Made by a program: the position numbers and the translations under genes. A stretch of 64,000 bases of DNA, taken from the NCBI GenBank assembly GCA_016748015.1, contig JAAOMT010000200.1, positions 618,984-682,983 of the forward strand, read 5' to 3'. Source of the DNA: Geosiphon pyriformis uo1. Lineage: Eukaryota; Fungi; Glomeromycota. Shown piece after piece: positions 1-14,400 of the stretch (the stretch's first letter is position 1; every line of letters starts with the position of its first letter). The notes below the pieces were generated by a model that saw only the letters and a program-made list of their open reading frames with translations, was not told where the DNA came from and searched no databases.

Positions 1-847
1 AGAGCAAAAACTAGAACAGCTAAATATGAGACTGTGTAAACACTGCCTAATTTTCAGTGACTTTAAATATTGTGATGATTGTGATTTTATCTACAATCTA
101 CTACCATACATAATTTATTCAATCTTTGAAAAAAAAAACCAATCAGTAAATATACAGTAGAATTGGAATCAAGATTTAATTTTAATTCAGACTTTGATAA
201 TAATAACAACAATTGTTTTAACTCTATCCACTATAACAATAACAATAACAATTTAAACTCTGATTACAATCCTAAACAATATATTATGTTTACAGATCTA
301 TTAATAAAGCAAAAACTGAAATGGTTTAGTGATAATGATGAAAATATTATGCTAAAATGTGTATATAATACTGATGCAGAGTTTGATCTTAAGTATTCAA
401 AAAAAACTGTCATTAGATTGGAACCATATTTACACACCAGTATAAATTTGAAATTAGTACTAGAAATTCTAACAACAACAATAGTTCAACTAGCTTCTAA
501 ATCTAGTTTAGCAAAAAAAGAGATTAATATTAAAGAAAAAATAATTAATACAGAATATATAGGAAATATTATTGCAATGCTACAAAATAACTCAAAAAAA
601 AAATATATTGTTAAACCAAATAAAAAAATAATATAGGCAATATTTCTGTTTTTGGTTAAAATAGCTTAGTTAGTTTTAGTGAAAAAGAGAAAAAAATTAG
701 GAATTACAACAAGAAGAATTAATGGATTCAGATCTATGAATAGAATAAATATACCAGTTAATATGGCAGAAAAAAAAACTATTAATAAGGAAGAAATTAT
801 CTCTACCAATTAATCAGTTTCTATCCTATTATATAATCAATATATGT

Positions 848-1884
848 TGTTACCTGAATAGAAAAACTGATCCAAAGTTATAAAGAAACATGACCAAAAC
901 ATAACATAATACAGAATAGTACACAATAATATTAGATAATGCATTATAACTTAGGATAACATGTTACAATGTAGAATAACAAAAAATAATATGTAATAAC
1001 ACTAGATAATATGTTATAACATAGGATAACTAGGAATAACATAGAAAAATAAAACAATAACAAAAATAGCAAAGCAATAGTTAACAATAATAAAACAATC
1101 AAAAGCAATCCTATAAAACCAAAAAAATATATAAAAGCGAATAGTTATAGAAGTTAGAAAAAGACATCTAGATACAAATAACTAGACAAAAAACAAATAT
1201 TCTTTCCCTTCCATCATTTATTCTATTCCATATTCATCTTCTGAAATAAATTAATTATTGAGAAATCAGAATCACAAATTCATGTTCTTAAACTTTGTAG
1301 AATTTATGTAAATTAACCATTGTTTTATATCTTTGTTCCAGAACAAATGCTCTTAATATAACCATCTCAAACTATTAACAATTTGGACCAGTTGTTCTTG
1401 ATCATAGTAATTAATGATACTAATTTATCTTCTTTTATTTTTTTTATTTTTTATTTTTTTTATTTTTTTTTATTTTTATTTTTATTTTATTTTCTCTTGT
1501 GGAGTGGCAACATAGTAAAATTGACTGTCTAAAAATAAACTTTGTAATAGTTTGATAAAAGAGAGAAGCTCCCTTTAAGTTTTGAATATTGACATTATCT
1601 TATTAACTTATTAAAAGAGTGAAAAAATAACACCAGATCCTAACAACTGTGCTCATTAGCTTGGAAAAAATAGCTTACATTTATAAGAAGTTGTAATTAG
1701 TAAAAGCCAAACTTCTGTGTCTTATAACCAAAAAACTTAATAGGTAAATTTACAACCAGTAGATAAGATCTTTAGAGATTAATAATCAAGACTAAGTTAA
1801 TGGAATTATGTAAAACATGCTTTACTGATAATTAAGAGCACTAAATGTTACTATTTTCTTACTCCACCAAGTTTACCCATAACA
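848..1884 (+). mobile_element. Solo-LTR-like insertion (1037 bp) inside element 1 pol
   Basis: Termini TGTTAC...ATAACA with 4-bp TSD ATGT at 844-847 and 1885-1888. Removal restores the frame YNQY-MLIIKRK. Has ~10-bp tandem repeats (900-1080), a TATA-like tract and the TGATCA stem-loop. Confidence 0.85.
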
Positions 1885-4800
1885 ATGTTAATAATAAAAA
1901 GAAAAGTGAGGGACCAACTTCAGATTTTTGAAGTGAAACCAACTATTTGTGAATCAGAGAAGATTGGAATCACTAATCTTTATATACTAGCCAAAAATTA
2001 TAAACACATTAAAATTTCCATTTATAATACAACTAAAAACACTATTAAAATAATAAGTGAAACTATTATTGAATACATAAGCACTAAAGTTGAGAACCAA
2101 TCACCAAACACTAATACAGATTTTTTACAACTGTATAGATATGTAAATATTACATCACAAACAATATATAAATAAGAAAAATGTTATTTGCTACAACCAA
2201 AACAATTGGAACAAATGAATTTGAAAAACTTAGATCTATTTCAACATATACAACTTAAGATACTATTTAACAATTTTACCAATATTTTTGCCAGTAAAAA
2301 TGAATTTGACAGAACTGATATTATTCAACATCAAATTAAAACTAAAGATACAATGTTAATCAAACAAAGAGCATATAGAATATTATTAATTAACCATAAA
2401 ATTATTTAACAAGAAATTAACAGAATGTTAGACAATAGATTAATTCAATTATCTATGAATCCATGATCATTATCAGTAGTATTAGTTTGAAAAAAAAATA
2501 AGAAAATTCGTTTTTGTGTAGATTACAAAAAGCTTAACAATATAACTTATGGAAACAGCTATCCAACTCTATAAATCCAAGAATTATTTAATGCTTTTGA
2601 AGAAAAAAAATGGTTTTCCACTTTAAAATTGGACAGTAGTTATTGACAAGTAATTATAAACTCAGCTAATAAAAAAAAACAGTATTTACCACCAGAAAAA
2701 AGAACTTTAAATTCGATATTATGTCTTTTGGCTTAATAAATGCTTTAGTTATCTTTCAATGATTAATGAAAATTGTCTATACAGAATTATTATAGAAGTC
2801 AGTAGTAGTTTACTTGAATAACACCAATGTGTTTTCCAAAACATTTGATGATCACTTCTATCACTTTCAATAAGTATTTGAAAGACTAAAAAGAGCCAGA
2901 TTAAAATTGAATGCTATAAAGTATTTCTTTGACAAAACAAAACTAAAATTTTTGGGAAATGTCATAAGCAAAAATGGCATCAAAACAGATTCAGATAAAA
3001 TTAAAATAGTCAAGAACTTTTTAGTATCAATAAATCTTATAGAATTAAGAGCATTCTTGGAATTTGCTGGATACTATTATTATTTTATCCAGAACTTTTT
3101 CAAATTGGCTTAAATATTTAACCAGTTTAAAGCAAAGAATATGAAATATGAATAGACCAAACCCAACAAGAAGCTTTCAACATCTTAAAAAAAAAGCTTA
3201 TTTAGACATCAGTATTAATCTATTAAGATTATAGTAAGCTATTTATTATTACTACTAATACATTTAGTTAAGTATTGAAAGCAGTATTGTTTCAAAAAAG
3301 AGCAAATGAATGAGAACACCCAATAGTATATGCCAGCAAAAGTTTAAGTCCAGCTAAAAAAAACTATAAAACCCTAGTATTAAAACACTTGGCTATCTAT
3401 TGAACTGTTATCAAATAGAAAAAATATTTAAATCAAAAGTTTGATGTATATACTGATCACAAAAGATTGACATTAATCCAAAAGCAAAAATTTGGAGACA
3501 ATTACCATGCAAGATAGAAAATAAAACTATTATCATTCAATTATATAATATATTATAAAAAGGGAAAAAAAAACAGAAGTGCTGATAGTTTGTTATGAAT
3601 AAAACAAATCTAAAAACATTTTCAACCCAAAAATATAACAAAAGATAAATACACAAAAATATTAACAACTTCAACATTTTATTAATACTCAATAGTTCAA
3701 GGAAAAATTATCTTAAAAAAAACAAAACAACATAAAACAACAAGCCAAATATTTTATTATTTACCAAGATATATTATACTAAAAAAACAAAAAATACCTA
3801 AATTAGCCACTTAGAGTAATTACAAAACCAGAAAAAAAAACAATACTATTTAAAATACACTTAGATTCAACAGCAGAATATTTTTATAAAGAAGCAACCA
3901 TAAAAAGAACCAGAAAAAGATATTATTAGCCACTTATGTATTCAGATATCATCTAATATGTTCAAAATTATGATGCTTGTCAAAGAAAAGAAGAAACAAG
4001 ATCCAGTAAACTATTAAAACCAATTAAAATAGAACAACCATTTGATTAAATTGGGATTAACTTAGTCAGACTATTAACAATAACCAGCAGAAGCAATTGT
4101 TATATAGTAATAGCTATAAACTATCTTACAAAATAACCATAAACAAAAGCAATTCAAAGAGCAAATACAAAATTAATAGTCAAATCTGTTTACCAAGATT
4201 TAATTTGTTGATACAGATGTCCAAAAAAATTATTATCAGATCAAAAAACTTATTTTGTAAACAGAACACTAACAAAATTGAGTCAAAAATTTGGAATCAA
4301 AAGACTATTATCATTATCATATTATTTATAAACAAATGGCTTAGTCAAAAGATTCAATAGAATATTGTGTAAAACAATAGACAAAATCAGCCAAGAAAAC
4401 CAAGACAGATAAAATTTGTTTATAACATTAGTATTATTTGCTTATCAGACAATAAAACAAGATACTATACAAGTAACACTATTTAAACTTGTTTATAATA
4501 AAATAGCAATATTATTAATAGAAATAGACATTAACACATATCTAACCAAACCAATAACAGAATTCAACTTTCAAAAAACATTGCTGAAAAGAACATATGA
4601 CTTAATAAAAACATTAGAAAACAAAAGATAAAAAACAGCTGATAATATCCAAAAGTTACAAAAAAAATAAAAAAAATGACATGATAACTAATTACTAAAT
4701 AAATCAGTTAAATTCAAAATTGAAAACAAAGTATTTTTACATCATACCAAAGTAAAAAAACAATATAATAAAAAATTTGACCTCAAATAAGATGAACTAT

Positions 4801-5735
4801 TTCATATTGAAAAAATTCTAGAAAATAAAGCTTATAAACTAAAATGAAACAACAAAATTTTAGCTAAAACAGTATATAAAGATTGATTAAAATTATATCA
4901 CAATATAACATCATCATTTACCAGTAATATTTCACAACTGAAAGTATAACAAATACTAGTCCAACCAGATAAAATTTCATAAGATTTAGAACCAATCATA
5001 ATTATTAACACAAATATGTTAAATTAAGATAGTAGAAAAGTATATAAAAACCAATATATATGACAAAAACAAACAGAAAATAGAAATTACTAATGACATC
5101 TACTAATTTGCACAACAACTATTTCAGTTGATCTAATACTAACAACTAAACATAAAAATTACAATTAATTAACAAATCATTCAATATAAAAATAAAATAA
5201 AAAAGCCAAAACACCAATATAAAGTACACAAAAAATCGAAAAACATAGTAAATAATATATTAGCAAAAGTAAAATTATTAATAAAAACATCCAGGACAAC
5301 AACACCATATAAAAAATTAACAGAAAAAATCTGAAAATAGTAAACACAAAAATTTTCAAAAAACTTTTGCTATTATTACTTAAGACAAAAACTCAATATT
5401 TAGAACTTGTATACTAACAAAACAAAGCAATTGTTTGATACAACAATATTGCACCAACTCAAACAATTTGTAAGAAAAAACAACCTATTTACATAGACAC
5501 AAGCCATATACTAGTTACAAGCAAAATTTTAAAACCAACCAAAAATATTACTTTATCTAACAATAAATACAATTATCATTAATCAATAGAGAAAAATTAT
5601 TAATGTCCAATTTGAAAAATTACAGATCGAAATTTTCCAAGTAATTTTTAAAAAAGAAGTTAGAGAGTTAATCCAAGAAGAAGAATTAGAAAATTGAAAA
5701 AATTTCAACAAACCTTAATATTAAAAAAAAATATA

Positions 5736-6599
5736 TATTACTTATAAAAATTTAAGAATTTTTAATAAGAATATAAAGTAACTAATTAGAAATAAGCATA
5801 ATAAAAGAAAAATTTCAGGATTTTTCTTGAAAAATTACAAGATTTCAGAAATTTCAAAATTTTTGATTAAAAAAATTAAAAAAATTCAAGAAATTTTATA
5901 TAATAGTAATTATATATATATAACAAGAGTATTAAAAGCAGAAAAAACAGAATTCAGTTTAGAATCAATACTCACAATTAATTAATTATCCAATACTTCT
6001 TCTTTTAAAAAGTAGTTTTCTACAATTTGAAGTGAAATCCAAATTACATATTAATAAAATATTAATTATTACCTGAATCTATATTATTGTTGTTAATTAA
6101 AAAATATTATTCACTGCCATTTTATCAACATTTTATGTTGATAAAATCTATTATTTAACCACATTGAATCAATAGCTCTTGATTATAGCTATTGACAGAA
6201 TACAAATTTTATTATTTTTTTATTATTTTTTTTATTTTCTTCTATTTTTTTTATTTTTATTTTCTTTTGTTTTGTTGTTTACTAATTGATTAAAAGATTA
6301 ATATATAAAGTTATTAACATTAAGAAAAACTGGTAAAAAACCCAAAAACAAGAATAAAAACTCGAAAATTAAGAATAATTTACCAAAAAAGACTGGTCAT
6401 TAAGCTAAGAAAAAAATTCAGAGAATAAGCTTTTGAGAAGGTACTGAAACAATTATTGAATCTTTGTATATTATACAAAAAACTTAACTAAAATCTTCAA
6501 ATCATGAAATTTTTAGAAATTACCAATATCACTAAGCTATTGAGCACTAAATTACAGATTTGTTATTTGTACCAACACTCTAAATAATTATCTATAACA
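5736..6599 (+). repeat. 3' LTR of element 1 (decayed)
   Basis: Termini TATTAC...ATAACA after an A-rich decayed polypurine tract. Colinear with the solo LTR at 17911-18786 (AATAGCTCTTGAT.A.AGCTATTGACA, ACTAATTGATTAAAAGATTAA). Confidence 0.8.
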
Positions 6600-7440
6600 A
6601 TAACAGTTGGGTTTTACTCAATAAAATATTAATAAAAAAATTAAAAACTTAATAAAATTTTTATATTTTTTAATTTTTATTAAACTGTTTTTTAAATAAT
6701 AATATTTCTAATTTTTTTTAAAGTATTTTTAATTATCAAATATATTATAAAAATAAAAAATCAAGTTAAAATACAAATAAAAAAATCTAATTAGAACAAT
6801 TTTAATAGGTATTTTTTTGGCAGTTTTAATTAAAAAATAAGTTAAATATTTTTTTTAATTATATAACTGAAAAATTATTAATATTTAATCTTTTTTTTAT
6901 AATTTAAAATTTGATTTACTTAGCAAATATTTTGTTATTTAAGTAAAAAAACCAATTAATTATAAATAATATATAATAACAAAAAAAAAATACAAATTAC
7001 TATATAATAATACAAAATAATTAACATTAATATAAAATAATAAGCAATAATATAAAATAATTAATAATAATATCAAATAATTAAAAACAATTAAAAATAA
7101 CATAAAATAATATATAATAATATATAATATTAAATTATAATTTTTTTTTTTAATGTTTTATGAGTAAAGTCCAAACACTATCTAGCACAATACATCAACA
7201 TAAGTGATCTAAACTAGGTGTAAATTATGCTTTTTTTACATGTAACCAGCTACTCAAGTTGATCAAAACAACACTAAACACCTATATAAACCAAAACAGG
7301 GTCACCAACTCCCCAAAAAAATAAACAAGACTTATGAAACCTGAAACAAACACCAAATGTCTTAACAATACCAAATAATCTAACAACATCAGCAGACAAC
7401 CCCAAAGACAGACCAGAAATCGAGATAGGAGCCAAACCAC

Positions 7441-8419
7441 TGTTACCAGTAGAATTTTAGCTATTAATTAGCATGAAATTACCCTCATAATTTCTATTAT
7501 TAATTAGCATATATTAGTATTATTTCGAATATCACTTATTATTTAATCAAATTATCAAATATTATTACTCAATCAATCATCCGATTTGTACCATAGAAAT
7601 TAAGATGATCAAATTACACAATATCCTGAACCATTTAACATAGTCAAAATTCGCCGAAATTAATGAAAATTGGTCGAAATAATCAATAGTTCAGTGAAAT
7701 AACTTGTAGTTTGCCGAAATGTATCTTTAATTCACCCAAATTGTAGCAAAAAGAAAAATGCAAGTTCAAAGACTAATACTACAACAAGTTGTATAAAAAA
7801 AGAGCTTCTTTTTTCAAGAAAATATATCTTCTCTTAGTATCTTCCCATATCTTACCATAGCATCTTACTTTAGATATCTTAATTAAAACAAATCACTTTT
7901 TACAAAATTAAATAAAAATTAAATATTCAAAAACCAAATCCTTAAATTATTACACTTGAAATTCCCTCAACACAATTAACATTTTGAATTTGATTAGCTA
8001 CCAATTTCAATAAACTGTTAGTGACTCCAGGCCTGAATAGAAAATGTTTCCATTGACAAAATTCTATTTTTTTTATATTTTTTTTATTTTTTTTTATTTT
8101 CTTATTACAATCATTAGGGTAGCCTACAGACAAGATTCCTGTAAAAAAGTTGACTTTCACAGCAAAGTAACTACACATTTTAGTAAGCTTCTAGATGAGC
8201 AATTTCTGGGAAAAAGTTGATGTTTACTACAATGTAATTACACAAAGTAACTGGCACAGAATTGGTTATTTTACTTATAAGCCCAGCAGTTCAAATTATA
8301 AGAAATAATTTGAAGATAAATTCAGTTATTGGAGGTTCAATTACTTCTAGAAAACGTGAATTTACAACAAACAGACATTAACAATATTCAAAAAAAAAGA
8401 CCAAAAACTTCCAGTAACA
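7441..8419 (+). repeat. 5' LTR of element 2
   Basis: TGTTACCAG...CCAGTAACA; direct repeat of 17779-19632, 51401-52358 and 60804-61772. Confidence 0.95.
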
Positions 8420-8440
8420 TTTAGTGCTCTTCTATGGAAA
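8420..8440 (+). promoter_or_regulatory. Primer binding site (decayed here; better preserved at 61773-61791)
   Basis: TTTAGTGCTCTTC immediately after the LTR. The other copy reads TTTGGTGCTCTCCCAC, where TGG complements tRNA CCA. The priming tRNA was not identified. Confidence 0.7.
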
Positions 8441-8464
8441 CAACACAGCAAAAACAACTTCAGA

Positions 8465-11400
8465 GTGGTGACCACATTAGACACAACAACTCTAGAGTAT
8501 TATCAGTCAATCTATACACACTGTGAGCAAAGATTCAACATCCAAGACGGAATTGAAATTTTCAAGAAATCATTATATCAATACATTAAAAATTGCATCA
8601 ACAACTATCTTTTTGGAAACTACAACATTTTAGAAGTCAGAAACAACTTCTACAATAATTTAGTACACTATTTACAATTGGGAATAGAAGACCTGAACAG
8701 TGAAACACTTGCTACCTACTTTCAAGAACTTAATTTTAATATTATTGAGTATTGTGAAGAAAAATACCCAGTACAGTCCAAATACTCTTTTGACTTTAAA
8801 TCAGAAACAGAAACAAGCAACAAAGGCAAACAAAAAGTGAAACAACACTCAAGAACCACTCCAAATACTCCAATACTACCTAAGACAACTGCCAAACACT
8901 TGCAAACACCTGAACAAGAGACTAGTGTCAAATTACCACTTTCTATTACACCATTTCCAATTTCATTTGCTCAACCACAAACACCAAATTCACCACTTAT
9001 CCATTTTTTAAGACTAGAAGATTTTCAGTCACCTAAAAGTTCTACTCAATAACAAGAACCCATATCAACAAGCACCAATATTATTGATTACCTACAAAAA
9101 AACGAAAGTAATCAGTCAGAAAACTTGGAAAGTAAGGAAATTAAATCAGAACAAAAAGAAACTACAGAAAATGAAGAAAAAATGGCAACTGCTTACATTG
9201 CAAAAATCCCAGAATTTACTGGTAAAGACAATAATACCAGTCTTCAAGAATGGCTTAACAAAGTTCAAAAAGCAGAAGATGCAAATGGTTGGAATGCAGC
9301 AAGAATGCTTAAAGCAATTCCATACTTTCTCCAAGGAACTGCAGAAGAATGGTTTGAAAACTTAGAAAAACCATTTAAGAACTGGCAAGCATTTAAAGAT
9401 GCTGTTACTGGAAGATTTTCACACTTTTCAATACAAAAATTACAACACATACAATGGAAATTAACATCAAAATCATGCAAAAAAGACCTACATTATCGCA
9501 CTTAATCAACAAAATCAGCCAGCAATCTGGAAATAAATGATCAGCAATCAATCTAATTACAACAAAGAAATATGGCACAATCCAACAGTTTAACTAAGTT
9601 GGATATAAAGAAATCTTGGCAAACTAAGAAACACCAATGGAAATGAATGATTGATGCATGTAATCAGATAACAACAGGTTTTGTTATGCTCCAAAATTTT
9701 CATACACCCTTATTGAAACAATCTAACATTTCAGATCTGTGATTAATAGTTAAAAGTAGTTACCAAGAAATATAATCAATTGATCTACTTCTGATTATGT
9801 TGATTATAATCACAATTGATATCATTGATTTACAATCAATGTTCTAGATCCAGCCATCTAAAATCTGATTATCTAAATTACTAGCTCTTGGATAAATAAC
9901 AGGCCAAGTAAGCTCATCATGAATTAATTAATTAAATGTATATAAATAATTAATGTATTTTAAATAGTTATAATATAGTATGTAGATCTGATATAATTTA
10001 GCTATATATACAGCCCCTCTGTTAGCTCAAGAAAGTATTAGTTCAATACTGAGCCAACTCTTTGTTATAGTTTTATAATAAGCAGTTAGTCCTTTCTTCT
10101 ACTCTTTACACTCTCTCTTCCCTTTCTATGTTCTAAATACTTGTTATCACAATCTCAAGTATGTCTTCTCATATTTCTTATCACCATTTGGAATCATGTT
10201 GTTTATAATCTTTTACTTACTTGTTATTACCATTTCAAGTTGTTCTATTACTTCTGATCTTTCAAATCATGTGTTATCACCATTTCACATTAAGTCTTGT
10301 TTCACCGAACAAGTTGTTAAATATAAAAATAAGTAATAAAGTATCATATTGTTAGAGAGTAGTCTCAACAATAAAAAGTTTAAGCAAAATCTATTTCAGT
10401 TATGTTTGACTTTCATAATTCCTTTTATAATTCCTATAACTTTGTTTTCAAAGTGGGCATTTGAATACCACACCCTTTTGACGACTAATTGAAAAAATTC
10501 TGGTTATGTATTTCTTTGAGTAGTTGGTTTCACTTCTTGTTGCTGGTTGTGCTTCTGATACATATAAAGAGATGTAACTTTTTTTTTCCCCTTTTCAAAT
10601 ACCTAAGACTGGTTCTTGCCCAAAAACAAATAATAATAACAATATTTTCTTTTACTTTTAATAACATTATCACATACCTCTTTTTGCTCTTCCACTTACT
10701 GAAATAGTCCATACATCCATGATATGCTATAGTCTATAGCATAATTATGATAATGTGTGTTCCAGATGAAAGTTATTGTCATTGCTAAGAAGTTACAAAT
10801 TCATAGCTTTCACCTGGTAACAATGCTTTCTTACAACAATTTACCAATAACAACATCTCTATTACTCTTCGCAATCGCTTTCACAATATCAAACAAGAAA
10901 CATCTAAAACTGTTATAACTTATCTTGGAAGATTCAATAAACTTTTTCGATGAATTTGACAATTAGAAACCAATGAATACTATTCCAATACCCAGATTTT
11001 GGATCAGTTCATAGCAGAATTAAAAGACAAATTCATTAAGAAAGTTTGTTCACATGCTCCAAAAGACTTAGCAACTGCCATTAGACATACAAAAAACTAT
11101 AAAATAGCAATAGAAGAAGCAAATCACACCAAACTTGTAAACCTAGCTATTGGAGAAACCAGTTCAACAGCTGAAAAGAAGATAGACCAACTTACAAAAA
11201 AGGTTGAAAACTACTTTACAAACCAACAACAGTAACAGCAACCACAAAGATATTAACCACCATAACAATACAATTAAAACAACTTTGGATCATTATTCAA
11301 CAACCAATCTCAAAATTGTCATTATTGTAAGATCTCAGGACACTGGAAACAAGATTGTAGAAAATTACAAAAAGACCAACAAAACAGAAATAATCAACAT

Positions 11401-14400
11401 TACCCTTTACTACAACAATCTTACTACCAACATCTACTAATAACTTATTATCCACCAAGACCACAAAATCAAAACAGTTACTATCAATCAGCTCCACAAC
11501 CAATGCAGCAACAATATTAGCAATCTTTACCAATTCAACAATATCAGACATTACCCACTTAACAATATCAAGTACCAGCCAGAAGATTGATACAACAAAA
11601 CCAATTCACACCACAAAACCGTTTTTTAACAAACAACAACAGATTTAATCATAATAATTAATTAGTTTCTCGAAATTCTGTTCAACAAAGACCCACTCAG
11701 TTTTACACTCAACCCAGTTATTTAACAATATAAGAAGAATCGGATTTTCAACAAACTGCACTTTCTGAAGGTGAAGCTGCAACACCAAAATCAAACCCTT
11801 CTAACAATATCATTTTACCAACTTAAATTGCCCAAAATGCCAATCTTTCAGATATATTTCCATTCGAATTTGAAGCAAATGAATCACCATTTTTACTTAG
11901 CAATACAGCAGCTAATGAACAAAAGACTATTACTGCCATGTATACTGAAGCTACAGTAGAGGGAAAACCCATCCAATTAATTCTAGACAGTAGATCTACT
12001 GAAAGTATTATTACCTACCAATTAATGCAACAACTTTAAAGAACTGTTGACAGACTAGACCAGACTGTAATTGTTATAGCTGATGGCATGAGAAAAACCC
12101 CAGTAAGAGAAATTGATAACTTTCCATTCACCATTGATGGAATTACCATTCTAGTCAAAGTCCTAGTTATGAATACACCCCAATACCAAGCTCTTGTTGA
12201 AAATGATTAGCTTCTTAAAGCCAATACAAACTTAGACTGGAAAACTCAGGAACTCAAAATATCATATCAAGAACAATACACTATAGTACCTACAACCTGT
12301 GATACTTTCAACAAATGGTCAGAAAAAGCCCCAGTGTTTGAATTTAAGAAAGAAAAGGAAATACCACTTACTGAAATCTACATGGCTCTTAAATCAACAT
12401 CCAATTGGGTTGAAGAAACAGAACAGAAAATTTTTGAAGAATCAAGAGGATAGAAGAAAGTTAGATATTCCACACTGGAATTATGAAAAGAACCACCATA
12501 TATTCTACTAAAATGCAAAAATTGCAAGAAGAAGCTTTTATTTATGAGAGCTTGTATATCTCCAAAAGAGGAATATAAAACCCATATTTGCTACTTTTGC
12601 AAGCATGTCATAGAGAACAATTTAGATCCCCCAAAAAAAGTGGAAAATAGAACAACACCTCATGTCTTATATGTAAAAATATACTACCAGAAAAATGCAA
12701 CTAGATTAATATTGCAATAAAAGGAAGAGTATGTGACTAAATCTGCCAATATGCCCTATCAATTTCGAAAAAAGTGAAAAGAGAAATCCTATTTAATGCA
12801 GCATATAACAGTGCTCTTAATAAACTGTATCATTATTCTCATAATGCTGAAATAATTTTTGACTTAATAGAGCCACCCAAGAAGATATTTGCCAAATAAA
12901 AGAAGCCGAATACATTGAATATATCATGGAATTAGCCGAATTTGATTATGAAGATGAAGTAGAAACCTACCACCAAATTGCAAATCATACATATCCAACC
13001 AAAGAAGCTCAAATTCAACAATTAGAGCAAATAAACATTCAATTATGTGAAGAATGTGTTTTGCCTTGTGATGACCAATGGTGTTTAGAATGCTATGTTT
13101 TTAACATTCTCCTGCCAGATGAGAATGATGAAAATGAAATCGAATTTGGAGTATTTAAACTGGTAAAAAAACTACCAACCATTCCTATCTATCTTTTTGA
13201 AAATCAACTACCTTCACAACTTAAATATTTTGACAACCATGGCCAAGGAATCAGACCAGAAAAAGCACACGAAATTGATGTTGGATATGATCTAAGATAT
13301 CCAGGAAAAGATACTTTGGTTCTCCCACCAAAGTCCTTGACAAAAATCAACCTTAAAATTGCTCTTGAAATTCCACCTAGAGCAATGGTTCAGATTGCAT
13401 CCAGATCATTATTGACAAGCAAAAAAATCAATGTTAGAAGAGGAGTCATAGATACAGAATATACTAAAGACATTACCATCATGCTACAGAATGAAACAGA
13501 CAAACCATTTAGGATTGAACATGCTGAAAAAATTGCCCAAGCAATTTACCTATCCTTAATCAACATTTTGGGTCTACAATCAGTTAACAACAGAGAACAA
13601 TTGGGAAAAAGTAAAAGAGGAATGCAAGGTTTTGGTTTAACTAAATGATTTACAGTGCCAGTAAACATAGCTTTCAAAGCACAGAATAAATCTCACCAGA
13701 TTCTTCAACTTCCCCAACCAATTACTATTTCACCTTTTGGTAAACATTACGAAATTTACACTTGCTCAAAACCTACCACTACCCAACAAATTTTTGAATT
13801 CAATGAACAAATCTGTTTAAAGCATGAAATATCAATTCCAAATGTTTATATTCCCAAAGGAATGAAAAAATTTTGAGTTATATTTTACAACCCCAATAAT
13901 TACTCCATTGTCTTATTGAACAAATTAGAGATTGGAATCATATACAGTAACATCTTTCAAGATAAAAACCCTCAAATTGTTTCTAATTTCATCGAAATTA
14001 TAAGATATACACTACTTCCAAACCCAAACATTATCTCTACTACTGAAAACTACCACCTTTTAAAAGAAAAACTCTCTTGAATCAACATGGATTCCTTGGA
14101 ATCTCAACAACAAAGACAATTGAAACAGCTAATAACTGAATTTGCAGATATATTTGCAAAAGACAACAATAACCTTAGAAAAACTGATATTGTTCAATAT
14201 TAGATCCACACAGAAGATGTTCCATTAAAATGACAACAAGCCTATCAAGTTCTATTTGCTAGCCACCAATTTATTAGAGAAAAGATTCAAAAAATGCTTA
14301 ATAACGGATTGATATAACCATCAAGAAGTTCTTGAGCCTTACCAGTAGTTTTTATTAAAAAGAAAAACGGAAAAATCAGATTCTGTGTAGATTATTGTCA

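Larger units (their letters stand above)
1..6599 (+). mobile_element. Heavily decayed Ty3/Gypsy LTR retrotransposon (element 1); 5' part lies outside the window
   Basis: Domain remnants in Gypsy order: dUTPase-like (~340-740, 'DAEFDLKY'), RT (~2300-3000, 'RFCVDYKKLN', 'VVYLNN'), RNase H (~3230-3600), integrase (~3830-4900, 'IGINLVRLL', 'TNGLVKRFNR'), then a 3' LTR. Many stops and frameshifts. Confidence 0.9.
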
